In this document: in pieces, positions 47,802 through 55,866 of the stretch | Layout of the letters: the number at the start of each line of letters is the position of its first letter | Numbering within the stretch: the stretch's first letter is position 1 | IMG/VR virus record: IMGVR_UViG_3300045988_039373 | Location: 22,795 to 86,794 of that record | Length of the DNA stretch: 64,000 bases | Origin: a virus | Reading direction: 5' to 3' (one strand) | Position numbers and translations under genes: made by a program | The notes under the pieces: model-generated | What the model saw: the letters and a program-made list of their open reading frames with translations, nothing else | Database searches by the model: none | What the model was told of the DNA's origin: nothing

Positions 47802-48413
47802 TTAAAAGTTATACGTTATTTGAAATTCGATGTCAGTACCTATACCAGATTTTATCTTTGGGTAGTAAAAGGTATTGACTCCGAATTTGTAATTAAATCT
47901 CTTAGTCTTGATTGAAAGACCAGCTCCCATATCGAAGAGATTATTGAAAGGTCTGTATTTGCCATAAACGTATGGACTAAGTGATAACCTTGCAACTTTC
48001 TTTCGAGTTAATTGACCTTCATACCAGTTGTAGTTGTACTTATCTAAATCGATTGGGAATAATCTAGTTGAATAAGTGTTAGTCTCCTTATTGAACAGAC
48101 TTAAGTTCAACTTATCTTTCTTCAAAACAATTTGAACCAGGGAATCTTGGTCACTGATAACTGGCTGCCTTAGCATGGAATCAGGAAAGAGAGTTGGCTG
48201 CTTATTACCATGAACTAAGATTTTACCTGGTTCAACTTTTTCTGAGTACTTCTTCTCTGGTTTGAAGGGTTTCTTTGTGTATACTGTATCTGGGATTCCA
48301 TTGACCGCTTGTTCCAGGGAATCAACCTCTCGAGAAAGTTTGTAATTCCTGAAGCAAAGGTAAATAGTAAATCCTAGAAGTACAATAAACAAGGCCCTCT
48401 TAAATGTCTTCAT
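47802..48413 (-). CDS. Signal-anchored protein with an OMP-like beta-rich C-terminus ending in Phe
   Basis: N-terminal helix ALFIVLLGFTIYLCF. The C-terminus has alternating beta pattern ...FGVNTFYYPKIKSGIGTDIEFQITYNF. Confidence 0.45.
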   Translation of the reverse strand: MKTFKRALFIVLLGFTIYLCFRNYKLSREVDSLEQAVNGIPDTVYTKKPFKPEKKYSEKVEPGKILVHGNKQPTLFPDSMLRQPVISDQDSLVQIVLKKDKLNLSLFNKETNTYSTRLFPIDLDKYNYNWYEGQLTRKKVARLSLSPYVYGKYRPFNNLFDMGAGLSIKTKRFNYKFGVNTFYYPKIKSGIGTDIEFQITYNF

Positions 48414-48627
48414 ACTTGATGAATTTCTTAATCTTACTCTTCAACCAATAGCGTTCTACTGAACTTAAGTTTGACTTAATAATGTGGAACTTGAATTGAA
48501 AAGTACGATTGGTTTCAATAATCTCAAAACGTATTGAAGGTAAATTCCGATAGATAACCCGAAAGAACTTAATGATGTTATTAATGTTCAATTCGGTAAT
48601 TGGGTACTTTGCATTAATCATTCTCAT
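48400..48627 (-). CDS. Hypothetical 75-aa protein, first gene of the packaging/virion operon
   Basis: ATG verified. Too small and featureless to call a small terminase. Confidence 0.4.
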   Translation of the reverse strand: MRMINAKYPITELNINNIIKFFRVIYRNLPSIRFEIIETNRTFQFKFHIIKSNLSSVERYWLKSKIKKFIKYEDI

Positions 48628-48689
48628 AATTCGGTGTATTAAAGTTTTTCAAATCGAAATAGTCGTACGCTTTAATGATACTATCTATC

Positions 48690-48710
48690 GGTAATCGCTA
48701 AGCGATTACC
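48690..48710. repeat. Perfect 10-bp inverted repeat GGTAATCGCT-a-AGCGATTACC
   Basis: Read directly in the intergenic region upstream of the packaging operon. Confidence 0.9.
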
Positions 48711-48736
48711 TTTATCGAACGAAGTGAGATAATATC

Positions 48737-48744
48737 CAAATATA
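48737..48744 (-). promoter_or_regulatory. Candidate -7 box (TATATTTG on the minus strand) upstream of the packaging/virion operon
   Basis: Exact TAnnTTTG match 110 nt upstream of the ATG at 48627. No good -33 TTTG. Confidence 0.35.
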
Positions 48745-48880
48745 CTACTTACGATATGATATATGAATAGCTATATATACGCAGATAAATATATAGATAT
48801 ATATACGTAGTATATTATATATCTATATATTTCAAGGTACCCCAGAAACTTATATATAAGACTTTATATATAAAGCTGAA
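48745..48880. repeat. AT-rich (TATATA)n-type low-complexity tract with repeated ATATATACG(C/T)AG
   Basis: CTATATATACGCAG at 48771-48784 and GATATATATACGTAG at 48796-48810. Also TATATAAGACTTTATATATAAAG. Confidence 0.7.
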
Positions 48881-48882
48881 AC

Positions 48883-49938
48883 TCATGGTTTCTTGGTATT
48901 TGCCTTTTTGAGGCATTCCTTAAACCAATAACCTATTTCACCTACTGCCCCTTTGGCAATTGTATATCTTGCCTTGTTAAGCCAGTAATGGTAATCCTTA
49001 AAATCACCCTCGAAGGTATCACCATTTTTGTGAAGGTAGATTTCGAATTTATCGGGGAATCCCATAATTGCCTTGAAGTCTTCGATTCCCAAAGGGTAGC
49101 CATCGGGTCTAAATTGCCTATCTGCAGGTCTGAGAGTTAAGGGAGGTTTATCATACTCCAATCGATACACTCCTGGAAGAGTACTCATCTTTGCAGTTTT
49201 GATAGGCCATTTCTTTTCATCCTTGAAATCTCTAACCCAGAGTCTATGTATCTTTGCTACCGTGAGATTCTTCTTCTCAGGAAGCTTTCGATAGTCATAC
49301 ATTGCCAGAGTTTTACTCATGAACGGAATCTGGTTAGTATTATTTTCCTGAGAAAATGTGAGTGGTTTTAGTAAATTTCTAGTAGTTGTTGGGGTTTTTA
49401 CTTTAAATACTTCATCAAAAGCCTTCAAGTATTTCTTACCGGTCTTTTTATGTACTCCAATGATGAGTAATCGCTTCCTTGATTCCTGAGAGTTTCCGTA
49501 GTCTAAAACTGACCTTTCGTGAAAAATTAATTTATAGTCTTTGAATGTTTCCTCAAAGAAATCCTTGGGAAGCAATGTTAGCAGTCTTGGTAGATTTTCT
49601 ATAAGAAATATCTTGGGTTTATACTCGAGTATTGATGCAATTACTAGATTAAGACTACGGTTATCTTTAGGATTACCCAATTCCTTTACTTTGGATAACC
49701 TCATTACTGAGGCTGCTCCGCAATCAGGGCTTGATATAATTATGTCTACTTTCTCATTGAATTCTTGTAAACAAAAGCCCTTATAGAACGGTATATCCCC
49801 AAAATTTAATTTCCATTGTTCTTCGCCTGGAGTGTGGAATACTCCCCTTATCTCTATGTTCCCTAACAAATTCTTCTTAAAAGGGAACAGGAGTGCACCC
49901 TGTCCAGCGCACACTCCCAATACCCTTAACTTTTTCAT
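48883..49938 (-). CDS. DNA (cytosine-5) methyltransferase with a variant catalytic motif
   Basis: Motif I LGVCAGQGALLFPF, motif IV-like SSPDCGAAS (P-D-C instead of P-C-Q), motif VI FLIENLPRL, motif VIII QESRKRLLIIGV, and a motix X-like TIAKGAVGEI. Confidence 0.7.
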   Translation of the reverse strand: MKKLRVLGVCAGQGALLFPFKKNLLGNIEIRGVFHTPGEEQWKLNFGDIPFYKGFCLQEFNEKVDIIISSPDCGAASVMRLSKVKELGNPKDNRSLNLVIASILEYKPKIFLIENLPRLLTLLPKDFFEETFKDYKLIFHERSVLDYGNSQESRKRLLIIGVHKKTGKKYLKAFDEVFKVKTPTTTRNLLKPLTFSQENNTNQIPFMSKTLAMYDYRKLPEKKNLTVAKIHRLWVRDFKDEKKWPIKTAKMSTLPGVYRLEYDKPPLTLRPADRQFRPDGYPLGIEDFKAIMGFPDKFEIYLHKNGDTFEGDFKDYHYWLNKARYTIAKGAVGEIGYWFKECLKKANTKKP

Positions 49939-50378
49939 TTCTTGTAACTTCTCAATTTGATATATTTAATCCAAGCAAATGGTTTACGGTCTTCCAAATA
50001 ACTCAGATTTTTATCATTATTGTGAGCTTCTTCTTCAAAACTTACATCATGATACCTTTCATTCTGTTTATCCCATTTGGCAAAACACAGAATGAGAAGA
50101 TATTCGATAATATACCAAAGGTAGAAGAGACCAAAACAGAGAACTACTACCCACCAGAAGGATATATCGAATAATACCCAGAGTATGATACCAAGTATCA
50201 AACCGACTATACTACACTCAATCTGTTGTATCTGATGAATACACTCATGATTGATATCATCAGGTTTACACTCTTCTACTTTGTGTTTGAAGAATGAGTT
50301 ATACACCAGAGTAATTGCTTTGTAACTGGGGAAAAGAAATACTTTTGCTACCCAGCTGTTAAAATGACATCTTTTCAT
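49935..50378 (-). CDS. Two-TM membrane protein with an HExxH motif (lysis-cassette membrane component or small metalloprotease)
   Basis: HECIH, followed by two hydrophobic helices and FEEEAHNND. Overlaps the endolysin gene stop. Confidence 0.4.
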   Translation of the reverse strand: MKRCHFNSWVAKVFLFPSYKAITLVYNSFFKHKVEECKPDDINHECIHQIQQIECSIVGLILGIILWVLFDISFWWVVVLCFGLFYLWYIIEYLLILCFAKWDKQNERYHDVSFEEEAHNNDKNLSYLEDRKPFAWIKYIKLRSYKK

Positions 50379-50971
50379 AATTTACCTTTAAAGTTTTCGT
50401 AAGCATTTCTTAGTTTTTGGTCGTAGGCATTCTGGGCATACCCGGGACCATTATACTTCTTGGCAAAGCCAGCCCAGTCTTTTGCTTTGAGTTCTTTCAA
50501 ACAACCAGAATTATACATGAAGTGATACATTAATTCCAGTTGATTTGCATGAGATTCTGACACCTTGTGAACAAATTCGAAGACATCTTTACACCCACAA
50601 AGGTTGTGATTGAAGCCCATAATCTGGAACATACCCCAACTTGCAGACTTCAATGCACATTCTTCGTCAATTTCTTTGGCTAATTCGAGTCTTTTGTACT
50701 CGTGTACACCTCCCAAGTACTTCGATTTATCCCATTTAGGGAAGAAAATCGTAGAATATCTCTTACAAAGGTAAGCTAAATCTCTGTCAGGGAATTTCTT
50801 ATGTACTTCTTTGTACATAATGTGACCCTCAAAAAGAATTTGAGGCCTACCGTCAGCTAAAAACCCGTCTCTACCGGCAGCTTCCACCAATTGGACAGCT
50901 TTCAATAGGGCAGGTTCTAAACCTAAGCGAATAGCAAGGTCTTTAATCATTTCATTTGTTAGTTTATCCAT
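50375..50971 (-). CDS. Endolysin, N-acetylmuramidase family (PF11860-like)
   Basis: LKAVQLVEAAGRDGFLADGRPQILFEGHIMYK and ASWGMFQIMGFNH are typical of this muramidase family. Confidence 0.75.
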   Translation of the reverse strand: MDKLTNEMIKDLAIRLGLEPALLKAVQLVEAAGRDGFLADGRPQILFEGHIMYKEVHKKFPDRDLAYLCKRYSTIFFPKWDKSKYLGGVHEYKRLELAKEIDEECALKSASWGMFQIMGFNHNLCGCKDVFEFVHKVSESHANQLELMYHFMYNSGCLKELKAKDWAGFAKKYNGPGYAQNAYDQKLRNAYENFKGKL

Positions 50972-51004
50972 AACTTATCAGTTTTAATGGTTCAATTTTA
51001 GTAA

Positions 51005-51034
51005 CAAAAGTATTGCTTATAACCCATTTTCAAT
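51005..51034 (-). promoter_or_regulatory. Bacteroidota-type promoter for the lysis operon
   Basis: -7 box TACTTTTG (rc of 51005-51012), and ATTG 18 nt upstream (rc of 51031-51034). The ATG lies 34 nt downstream. Confidence 0.5.
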
Positions 51035-51081
51035 ATGTTTCGAGGTTCTATTATCATATATAACTTATAAAATAATGCAAT

Positions 51082-51579
51082 ATGGACAAGAAAAATGAGT
51101 GCCAGATATGTGGCAAGCCCATTAATTTAGAGGAATTTGATGAAACTCGGGAAATCCCTCAACTTATGGCAAGAAAACAAATTTGTTTTCAATGTGCTTT
51201 TTGGTCTAATCGATTAGCTTATGATAAAGAGCTTGAGAAAGAGGGTAAAATTGCGGTAATTACTCCAGATTATTCTCACTGGGTAACTAAAATTCCCGGA
51301 AATATTTTAATGGTGCCCTCGGCTTTTGGTGGTATTTACCAAACTAAACTCCAACCAGTAAACACTCTGGGAGTTATTGATGAAGACCGAAAGAAGCTTT
51401 TCATTATCCGTTATAATAACATCACTCACCAAGGCACTATACCAGAACATCTAAGAAAGCTTTTTAAAGTAAACGGAGTAATTCTATCTCCACAGGAATA
51501 CAAAATGCTAGAAGATTACCGAGGCAATGCCTATGAATTTATTAAAAATATGATTGATAATGCAATAAATAAGAAATAA
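51082..51579 (+). CDS. Zinc-ribbon protein (165 aa)
   Basis: CQICGK...CFQCAFW. ATG verified. Confidence 0.55.
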   Translation: MDKKNECQICGKPINLEEFDETREIPQLMARKQICFQCAFWSNRLAYDKELEKEGKIAVITPDYSHWVTKIPGNILMVPSAFGGIYQTKLQPVNTLGVIDEDRKKLFIIRYNNITHQGTIPEHLRKLFKVNGVILSPQEYKMLEDYRGNAYEFIKNMIDNAINKK

Positions 51580-51584
51580 TTTCG

Positions 51585-51592
51585 TATATTTG
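51585..51592 (+). promoter_or_regulatory. -7 box TATATTTG (plus strand)
   Basis: Within ATGCAATAAATAAGAAATAATTTCGTATATTTGCATAAAG, the same architecture as the minus-strand early promoters. Confidence 0.55.
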
Positions 51593-51622
51593 CATAAAGA
51601 AAAATTCTTAATAAATAAAGAT

Positions 51623-52018
51623 ATGAAAAAAGAAAAGAAAGAAATCAAAAAGCTTAAAGAGGGGGATGAGGTTCTCTTCACCTTATCTGGAAGACCCATC
51701 ATTGAGAAAGTTACAGTGGAATCTATTGATAAAAAAGGTGGATTCGCAATGCTCAGTAACCGAGTAAAAGTTGCAAGAACCTTGGGTCCTGATGATACAT
51801 ATCCAAGATTGGATGGGCAAAAGGGAGAAGTTCGTCCGCTTACCGAAGAAAATGAAAGAGTATTCCTTGCATATAAGGCCTATTTCTCAATTAAGAGAAA
51901 CATAGAATTACTTGATAAAGGGATGAGAAGTATGAAAGATTCGAAAGCTTTCGATATGATGATTGAATTTGATAAGAAGCTTACCAAGATTATTAACAAA
52001 TACCTCAAAGAACAATGA
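51623..52018 (+). CDS. Hypothetical basic protein (131 aa)
   Basis: The track start at 51590 is a TTG inside the -7 box. The first ATG is at 51623 (MKKEKKEIKK...). Confidence 0.55.
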   Translation: MKKEKKEIKKLKEGDEVLFTLSGRPIIEKVTVESIDKKGGFAMLSNRVKVARTLGPDDTYPRLDGQKGEVRPLTEENERVFLAYKAYFSIKRNIELLDKGMRSMKDSKAFDMMIEFDKKLTKIINKYLKEQ

Positions 52019-52206
52019 CTACAGTATTAGCGATAATTTACTTGGTATGTTTGCCATTCACGGTATTTTTTGTAAGGGCTTGCTTGGATTATTTACCCTA
52101 TACTCACAAAATACCCTCTCTCGTTTTATTCATCTCGGTATGGATAGTATTACCTCTATTTCCAATTTATCTATTAATCAGATACATAAAATACAAATTA
52201 CTATGA
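52015..52206 (+). CDS. Small two-TM membrane protein (63 aa)
   Basis: ATGA overlap with the upstream stop. Hydrophobic helices VLAIIYLVCLPFTVFFV and VWIVLPLFPIYLLI. Confidence 0.5.
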   Translation: MTTVLAIIYLVCLPFTVFFVRACLDYLPYTHKIPSLVLFISVWIVLPLFPIYLLIRYIKYKLL

Positions 52207-52502
52207 GATACTTTTTTGACAGAGATGGTAATTATGCTGGGTCATCAATGCAAGGGTGGGAGATTCTTCTCCTACTCTTGTTCCCAGTTGCTCTAATAAT
52301 CTTCCTCGTATTCTTACCTTTCTATGTATTTCATAAATACAGTTCTAGAGAAGAGGATAAAAAATACGAGGAAGAACATCCAGAAATACTAAAAGTAGAT
52401 TCTTATATTACCTGCTGGTATCCATGGCATAGATATTCTGTTGCATATACACTGGCTCTTATATTCTGGGTAATTGCTTTTATAATTGGGATATTATCTT
52501 AA
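52203..52502 (+). CDS. Small membrane protein (99 aa)
   Basis: The ATG at 52203 overlaps the previous TGA. Helices ILLLLLFPVALIIFLVFLPFYVF and LALIFWVIAFIIGIL. Confidence 0.5.
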   Translation: MRYFFDRDGNYAGSSMQGWEILLLLLFPVALIIFLVFLPFYVFHKYSSREEDKKYEEEHPEILKVDSYITCWYPWHRYSVAYTLALIFWVIAFIIGILS

Positions 52503-52510
52503 TACAGGTA

Positions 52511-53248
52511 TTAAGTTGGAGCTACCCAATAAAAATTCAAATCTAATGGATATTTTTTAGTGGGGTTAAACCTACTGGAGAGTATAGGAGTATCACTGCT
52601 AGCAGAGGGAGTTGAAACTTTTGTAAGAGTATAGGAACCCAATCCAGTTGTTTTTGTTGTAAAGTATGAATTACTTGGTAAATTGTAGTTAGGCATAAAA
52701 GCATTACCATTCTTATCGAGGCAGGACCAAGACAACATGTTGAAATTTCCCGGGTACAGGTTAGCAATATAGACATTAATAGCATATCTATTTTGATTTA
52801 CTATCCAATTCTTATTTCTGTTACCATCAGCCATAGATCCACCTTCGCCACTAATATTGGTAGTAACCTTAAAAAAAGCACTCGTGTCTACTCCATTGAT
52901 GGTTATAGGATTAAAATGTATTTCCCAATATTCTTTTTCTTCGGGAGTAGTAAGGTGTAGATTTATTTTATTACCAGATTCATTTTGTGTAAGTATACAA
53001 AGCCCAGAAGTACCGTCATTTCGTGCAGTAATCTGAATACTATTGTTACTCTTGTCTTCCTCCAGAACATAGTCCGGGGTATTGATGCTAGCAGAATAAC
53101 CAACTCCAATAACCCCGGACAATTTGCCATTTACATACTTACTCTTTTGAGATTGTATTGTCCATCTCTCAGAGTTTCCCTGTCTTATTTCTGCATATAC
53201 ATCTTTGGTGGATCCCCCCCCCCCTAATTTAAGAACTTTATTTTCCAT
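52511..53248 (-). CDS. Beta-rich secreted/virion-type protein carrying a G11 tract in codons 9-12
   Basis: MENKVLKLGGGGSTKDVY... ATG verified. Lies downstream of a BACON-like gene. Confidence 0.6.
   Translation of the reverse strand: MENKVLKLGGGGSTKDVYAEIRQGNSERWTIQSQKSKYVNGKLSGVIGVGYSASINTPDYVLEEDKSNNSIQITARNDGTSGLCILTQNESGNKINLHLTTPEEKEYWEIHFNPITINGVDTSAFFKVTTNISGEGGSMADGNRNKNWIVNQNRYAINVYIANLYPGNFNMLSWSCLDKNGNAFMPNYNLPSNSYFTTKTTGLGSYTLTKVSTPSASSDTPILSSRFNPTKKYPLDLNFYWVAPT
53214..53224 (-). repeat. Homopolymer G11 (C11 on the plus strand) inside the 5' end of the coding sequence
   Basis: The plus strand reads gat-ccccccccccc-taat. The coding strand reads TTA GGG GGG GGG GGA TCC. Confidence 0.95.
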
Positions 53249-53262
53249 AATGTATAATGTTT

Positions 53263-54204
53263 TTAGATTGATACTGTTCCTCCTGCACTTGGTACTATAA
53301 ATGACCCCTCTGATATCCAGGTAGCACCCGATTTAGTATATACAGCTACTTTATCTCCAGTAGTACATTCTATTCGAGAACCAGGTTCTGAGTCATTGGC
53401 ATAGAATGGAATCTTCATAGTAGTAGTACTAGTTGCTGAGAGACCCTGTATATACATCTGATCTGAAGATGATGTATTCTGTGGCCTAGCTCCCCTGCCA
53501 AAGAGATAGTAGCCTGTACCTGTGGGCAATCCAGAGAGAGTGAATGTTGAAGCCTGTTGTGGCTTCTGAGTTACTGGTATACTAAGGTTAGCATCCCCAC
53601 AGGTTAAGAAGATATGCCCTGAACGGTTAGCTCCAGTTTGATTACTCGATAAAGCGGTCAGGGATAACATGTAATGGTTCTCAAGAGTATCCACTGGGGC
53701 AACGGATACTGAGCACCAATCGGGAGCATTACCCACATGGGGAGTTTCTGGCTTTTTAGACCCATCACTACCCTTTAAATAGGCCATCACAAGGATTTGA
53801 GCAGTATTATATTTATCACTACCTAAAGGCAATGTGTTTGAAACCATTTTTATGTATCCACTATAGGTTACACCAGCCTTCTGAGTTACTGTGAGATTGA
53901 TTTTGTTATTAGACCCATTTTGGGTAAATGTCAGAGTAGTAGACCTTGAGGACCCAGTATTTTTTGAATAGTTAATTTTTACATCTAAGTAACCATCTCC
54001 AACGGTAACTCCTCCCCAAATAGCCCAACTTACGGAGGCTGAGCCCAAAGTACAAGAGGGTGTAGAGGTTGAAACTACTTTGCCATTTACCAGTTTCCTT
54101 TTGAGGGAAGTGATACGGTAGGTTATAGTACCACCCTCTGAAGATACAGTATCTGTACCTGTATCTGTAATTGCACGTGCTAGTTTGAATAATGTTTCTT
54201 CCAT
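53263..54204 (-). CDS. BACON/Ig-like multi-domain protein (313 aa)
   Basis: SVSWAIWGG...NTGSSRSTTLTFTQNGSNNKINLTVTQKAG and APDWCSVSVAP...GANRSGHIFLTCGDANLSIPVTQKPQ. Confidence 0.6.
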   Translation of the reverse strand: MEETLFKLARAITDTGTDTVSSEGGTITYRITSLKRKLVNGKVVSTSTPSCTLGSASVSWAIWGGVTVGDGYLDVKINYSKNTGSSRSTTLTFTQNGSNNKINLTVTQKAGVTYSGYIKMVSNTLPLGSDKYNTAQILVMAYLKGSDGSKKPETPHVGNAPDWCSVSVAPVDTLENHYMLSLTALSSNQTGANRSGHIFLTCGDANLSIPVTQKPQQASTFTLSGLPTGTGYYLFGRGARPQNTSSSDQMYIQGLSATSTTTMKIPFYANDSEPGSRIECTTGDKVAVYTKSGATWISEGSFIVPSAGGTVSI

Positions 54205-54304
54205 ATCTTTATAAGTTTTTGGTTTATAGAAAGAACTTTGATATTGTAATCTACCAGAGGGATAATCCGAAGTCTATGATATTATATAATCAATATAAAG
54301 AATT

Positions 54305-54580
54305 ATGAGAAAGTATCAGTATCAGATTTACTACCATACAAGCAGAGGAAGGTACTTCATTAAGATTAGGTATTCCTTCCTGGGATTGGTGTTTTGGCTT
54401 ACACTTAGAGATAAGTATTCGAGTAATATAGAAACCTTCCTTGATAAGGATAAGGCAATTGAAAGGGCAGAAGATTATTTAAGATATTTATACCTAAAGA
54501 GAAAAAATAGTAGGGTGTTAAAGGTTACTGGGAGAATAGATATTACCAGTAGGTTAAAATCAGTGAGGGAGGATTATTAA
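54305..54580 (+). CDS. Hypothetical protein (91 aa)
   Basis: ATG verified. Confidence 0.5.
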   Translation: MRKYQYQIYYHTSRGRYFIKIRYSFLGLVFWLTLRDKYSSNIETFLDKDKAIERAEDYLRYLYLKRKNSRVLKVTGRIDITSRLKSVREDY

Positions 54581-54581
54581 G

Positions 54582-54848
54582 ATGGTGAAGGTTGAAACAA
54601 TTAGGGATGATAATGAAAAGAGGATTCTTAAATGCCAAGAAGATAATCGGATTTGGTATCAGATATGGATTACCCAATTGGATATGAATTGTATAGAAAG
54701 GTACTTTGATGGGTATGGTGAAGTTAAGAGGTGGTGGTTAAGGAATCTTCAACAGTATTATGTTTTCTTTTATGAGAAGAAAGGTGGTAAGGTTCGAGGA
54801 GTTCTTGGGAAAGATAGGACTAAGGATTTAATTCGTGCTATACTTTAA
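54582..54848 (+). CDS. Hypothetical protein (88 aa)
   Basis: ATG verified. Starts 1 nt after the upstream stop. Confidence 0.5.
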   Translation: MVKVETIRDDNEKRILKCQEDNRIWYQIWITQLDMNCIERYFDGYGEVKRWWLRNLQQYYVFFYEKKGGKVRGVLGKDRTKDLIRAIL

Positions 54849-54920
54849 TTAGTTGCCAGAGACCTAACATCCCTGGCTTCTTTGTGTGTTATGTGAGCAT
54901 GTGTGGTTGTGGGATATCTA

Positions 54921-54965
54921 GGTATGCCCTTAATACGAGGTGTCAAAATTTCCTGGTACTAAAAA
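54921..54965 (+). repeat. Direct repeat unit 1 (about 45 bp)
   Basis: GGTATGCCCTTAATACGAGGTGTCAAAATTTCCTGGTACTAAAAA. Confidence 0.75.
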
Positions 54966-54982
54966 TGTGTATTTGTCCTCAA

Positions 54983-55026
54983 GGTACCCCTTAATGTGAG
55001 GGTTTCGAAAGTTGTGGTACTAAAAG
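54983..55026 (+). repeat. Direct repeat unit 2 (about 44 bp, roughly 70% identical to unit 1)
   Basis: GGTACCCCTTAATGTGAGGGTTTCGAAAGTTGTGGTACTAAAAG. Confidence 0.75.
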
Positions 55027-55069
55027 GGGAGTACGGTTCCGTTAAATTTAACATTTAAAAATAAAAAGT

Positions 55070-55097
55070 AAGGGATAAACATTTTTATTTATCCCTT
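55070..55097 (-). terminator. Intrinsic terminator of the AT-rich cassette
   Basis: Perfect 10-bp stem AAGGGATAAA / TTTATCCCTT. On the minus strand it is followed by ACTTTTTATTTTT. Confidence 0.7.
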
Positions 55098-55104
55098 TGC
55101 TTTC

Positions 55105-55401
55105 TTAATTATCTACTAAATGATTATTTAAATTTTCTTTAAATTGTTCATTTAAACAATAACATAAGTATAGTAAAAAAGTTTTAAAAGAAAATTTTTT
55201 ATAAATTGTATATTCAACTTCATTTAAATAGTTCATGCTTATTTGTTCAATCAATAGAAATTGCTCTACATTAATTAATTGAAAAGTTTGCACGTCAATA
55301 ATAGTAGATATTATTCTATGATTTGACTTTAAAAGAATATAAACTACAAATAAAGCACTAACAAAAACAGCTAATAAGATAAAAAACAAAATTAATAACA
55401 T
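55105..55401 (-). CDS. Small membrane protein (98 aa) of the AT-rich island
   Basis: N-terminal TM helix LLILFFILLAVFVSALFVVYILL. ATG verified. Confidence 0.55.
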   Translation of the reverse strand: MLLILFFILLAVFVSALFVVYILLKSNHRIISTIIDVQTFQLINVEQFLLIEQISMNYLNEVEYTIYKKFSFKTFLLYLCYCLNEQFKENLNNHLVDN

Positions 55402-55418
55402 AATAATTTTATTTTTAT

Positions 55419-55446
55419 GATAGGGAGTAAAATTTTACTCCCTATC
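55419..55446. repeat. Perfect 28-bp palindrome GATAGGGAGTAAAATTTTACTCCCTATC between the two island genes
   Basis: Read directly. Could act as an attenuator/terminator hairpin or as an operator. Confidence 0.9.
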
Positions 55447-55455
55447 TGATTTTCT

Positions 55456-55866
55456 TTACTTCATTGATTTTTTCACGATTTCGAGACCTTTTATTAATAT
55501 CTCTTTCTTTTCTTCTTTAGTGTTTTCGCTTGCAATCGAAGAAAAGGAAAAATCATTTAAAACATAGACTTGTTTATAAAAGTCTATAAAACCCTCAATT
55601 AGTTTTTTATCTGCATTGTTTGCAATGGTTGAAAGAAAATTGAAAGTTACGTTTCTAAACTTTTTACGTAACGATTTGATTTGCTTTTCGTTTGCACCCT
55701 CAAAAAGTTCTTTTTTATAAATTTCTGTTTTTGTACCTAAAGAAGTTTTGAAAAGTCCTTGATTTTTTTCTTTTACAGACTTTAAAACGTCTAAAGCAAT
55801 TAAACTATTTGCTTTGCTGTTTGCACTTGCTTTTTCTACACTCACTTTATTAATTTGATTTTTCAT
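55456..55866 (-). CDS. Lys-rich hypothetical protein (136 aa) of the AT-rich island
   Basis: The track start at 55926 is TTG, and the first ATG is at 55866 (MKNQINKVSVEK...). No motif recognised. Confidence 0.55.
   Translation of the reverse strand: MKNQINKVSVEKASANSKANSLIALDVLKSVKEKNQGLFKTSLGTKTEIYKKELFEGANEKQIKSLRKKFRNVTFNFLSTIANNADKKLIEGFIDFYKQVYVLNDFSFSSIASENTKEEKKEILIKGLEIVKKSMK

Noticed and set aside
54921-55026. Possible CRISPR-like array
   Set aside because: There are only two imperfect repeat units separated by 17 nt, with no spacer-repeat periodicity and no cas genes.
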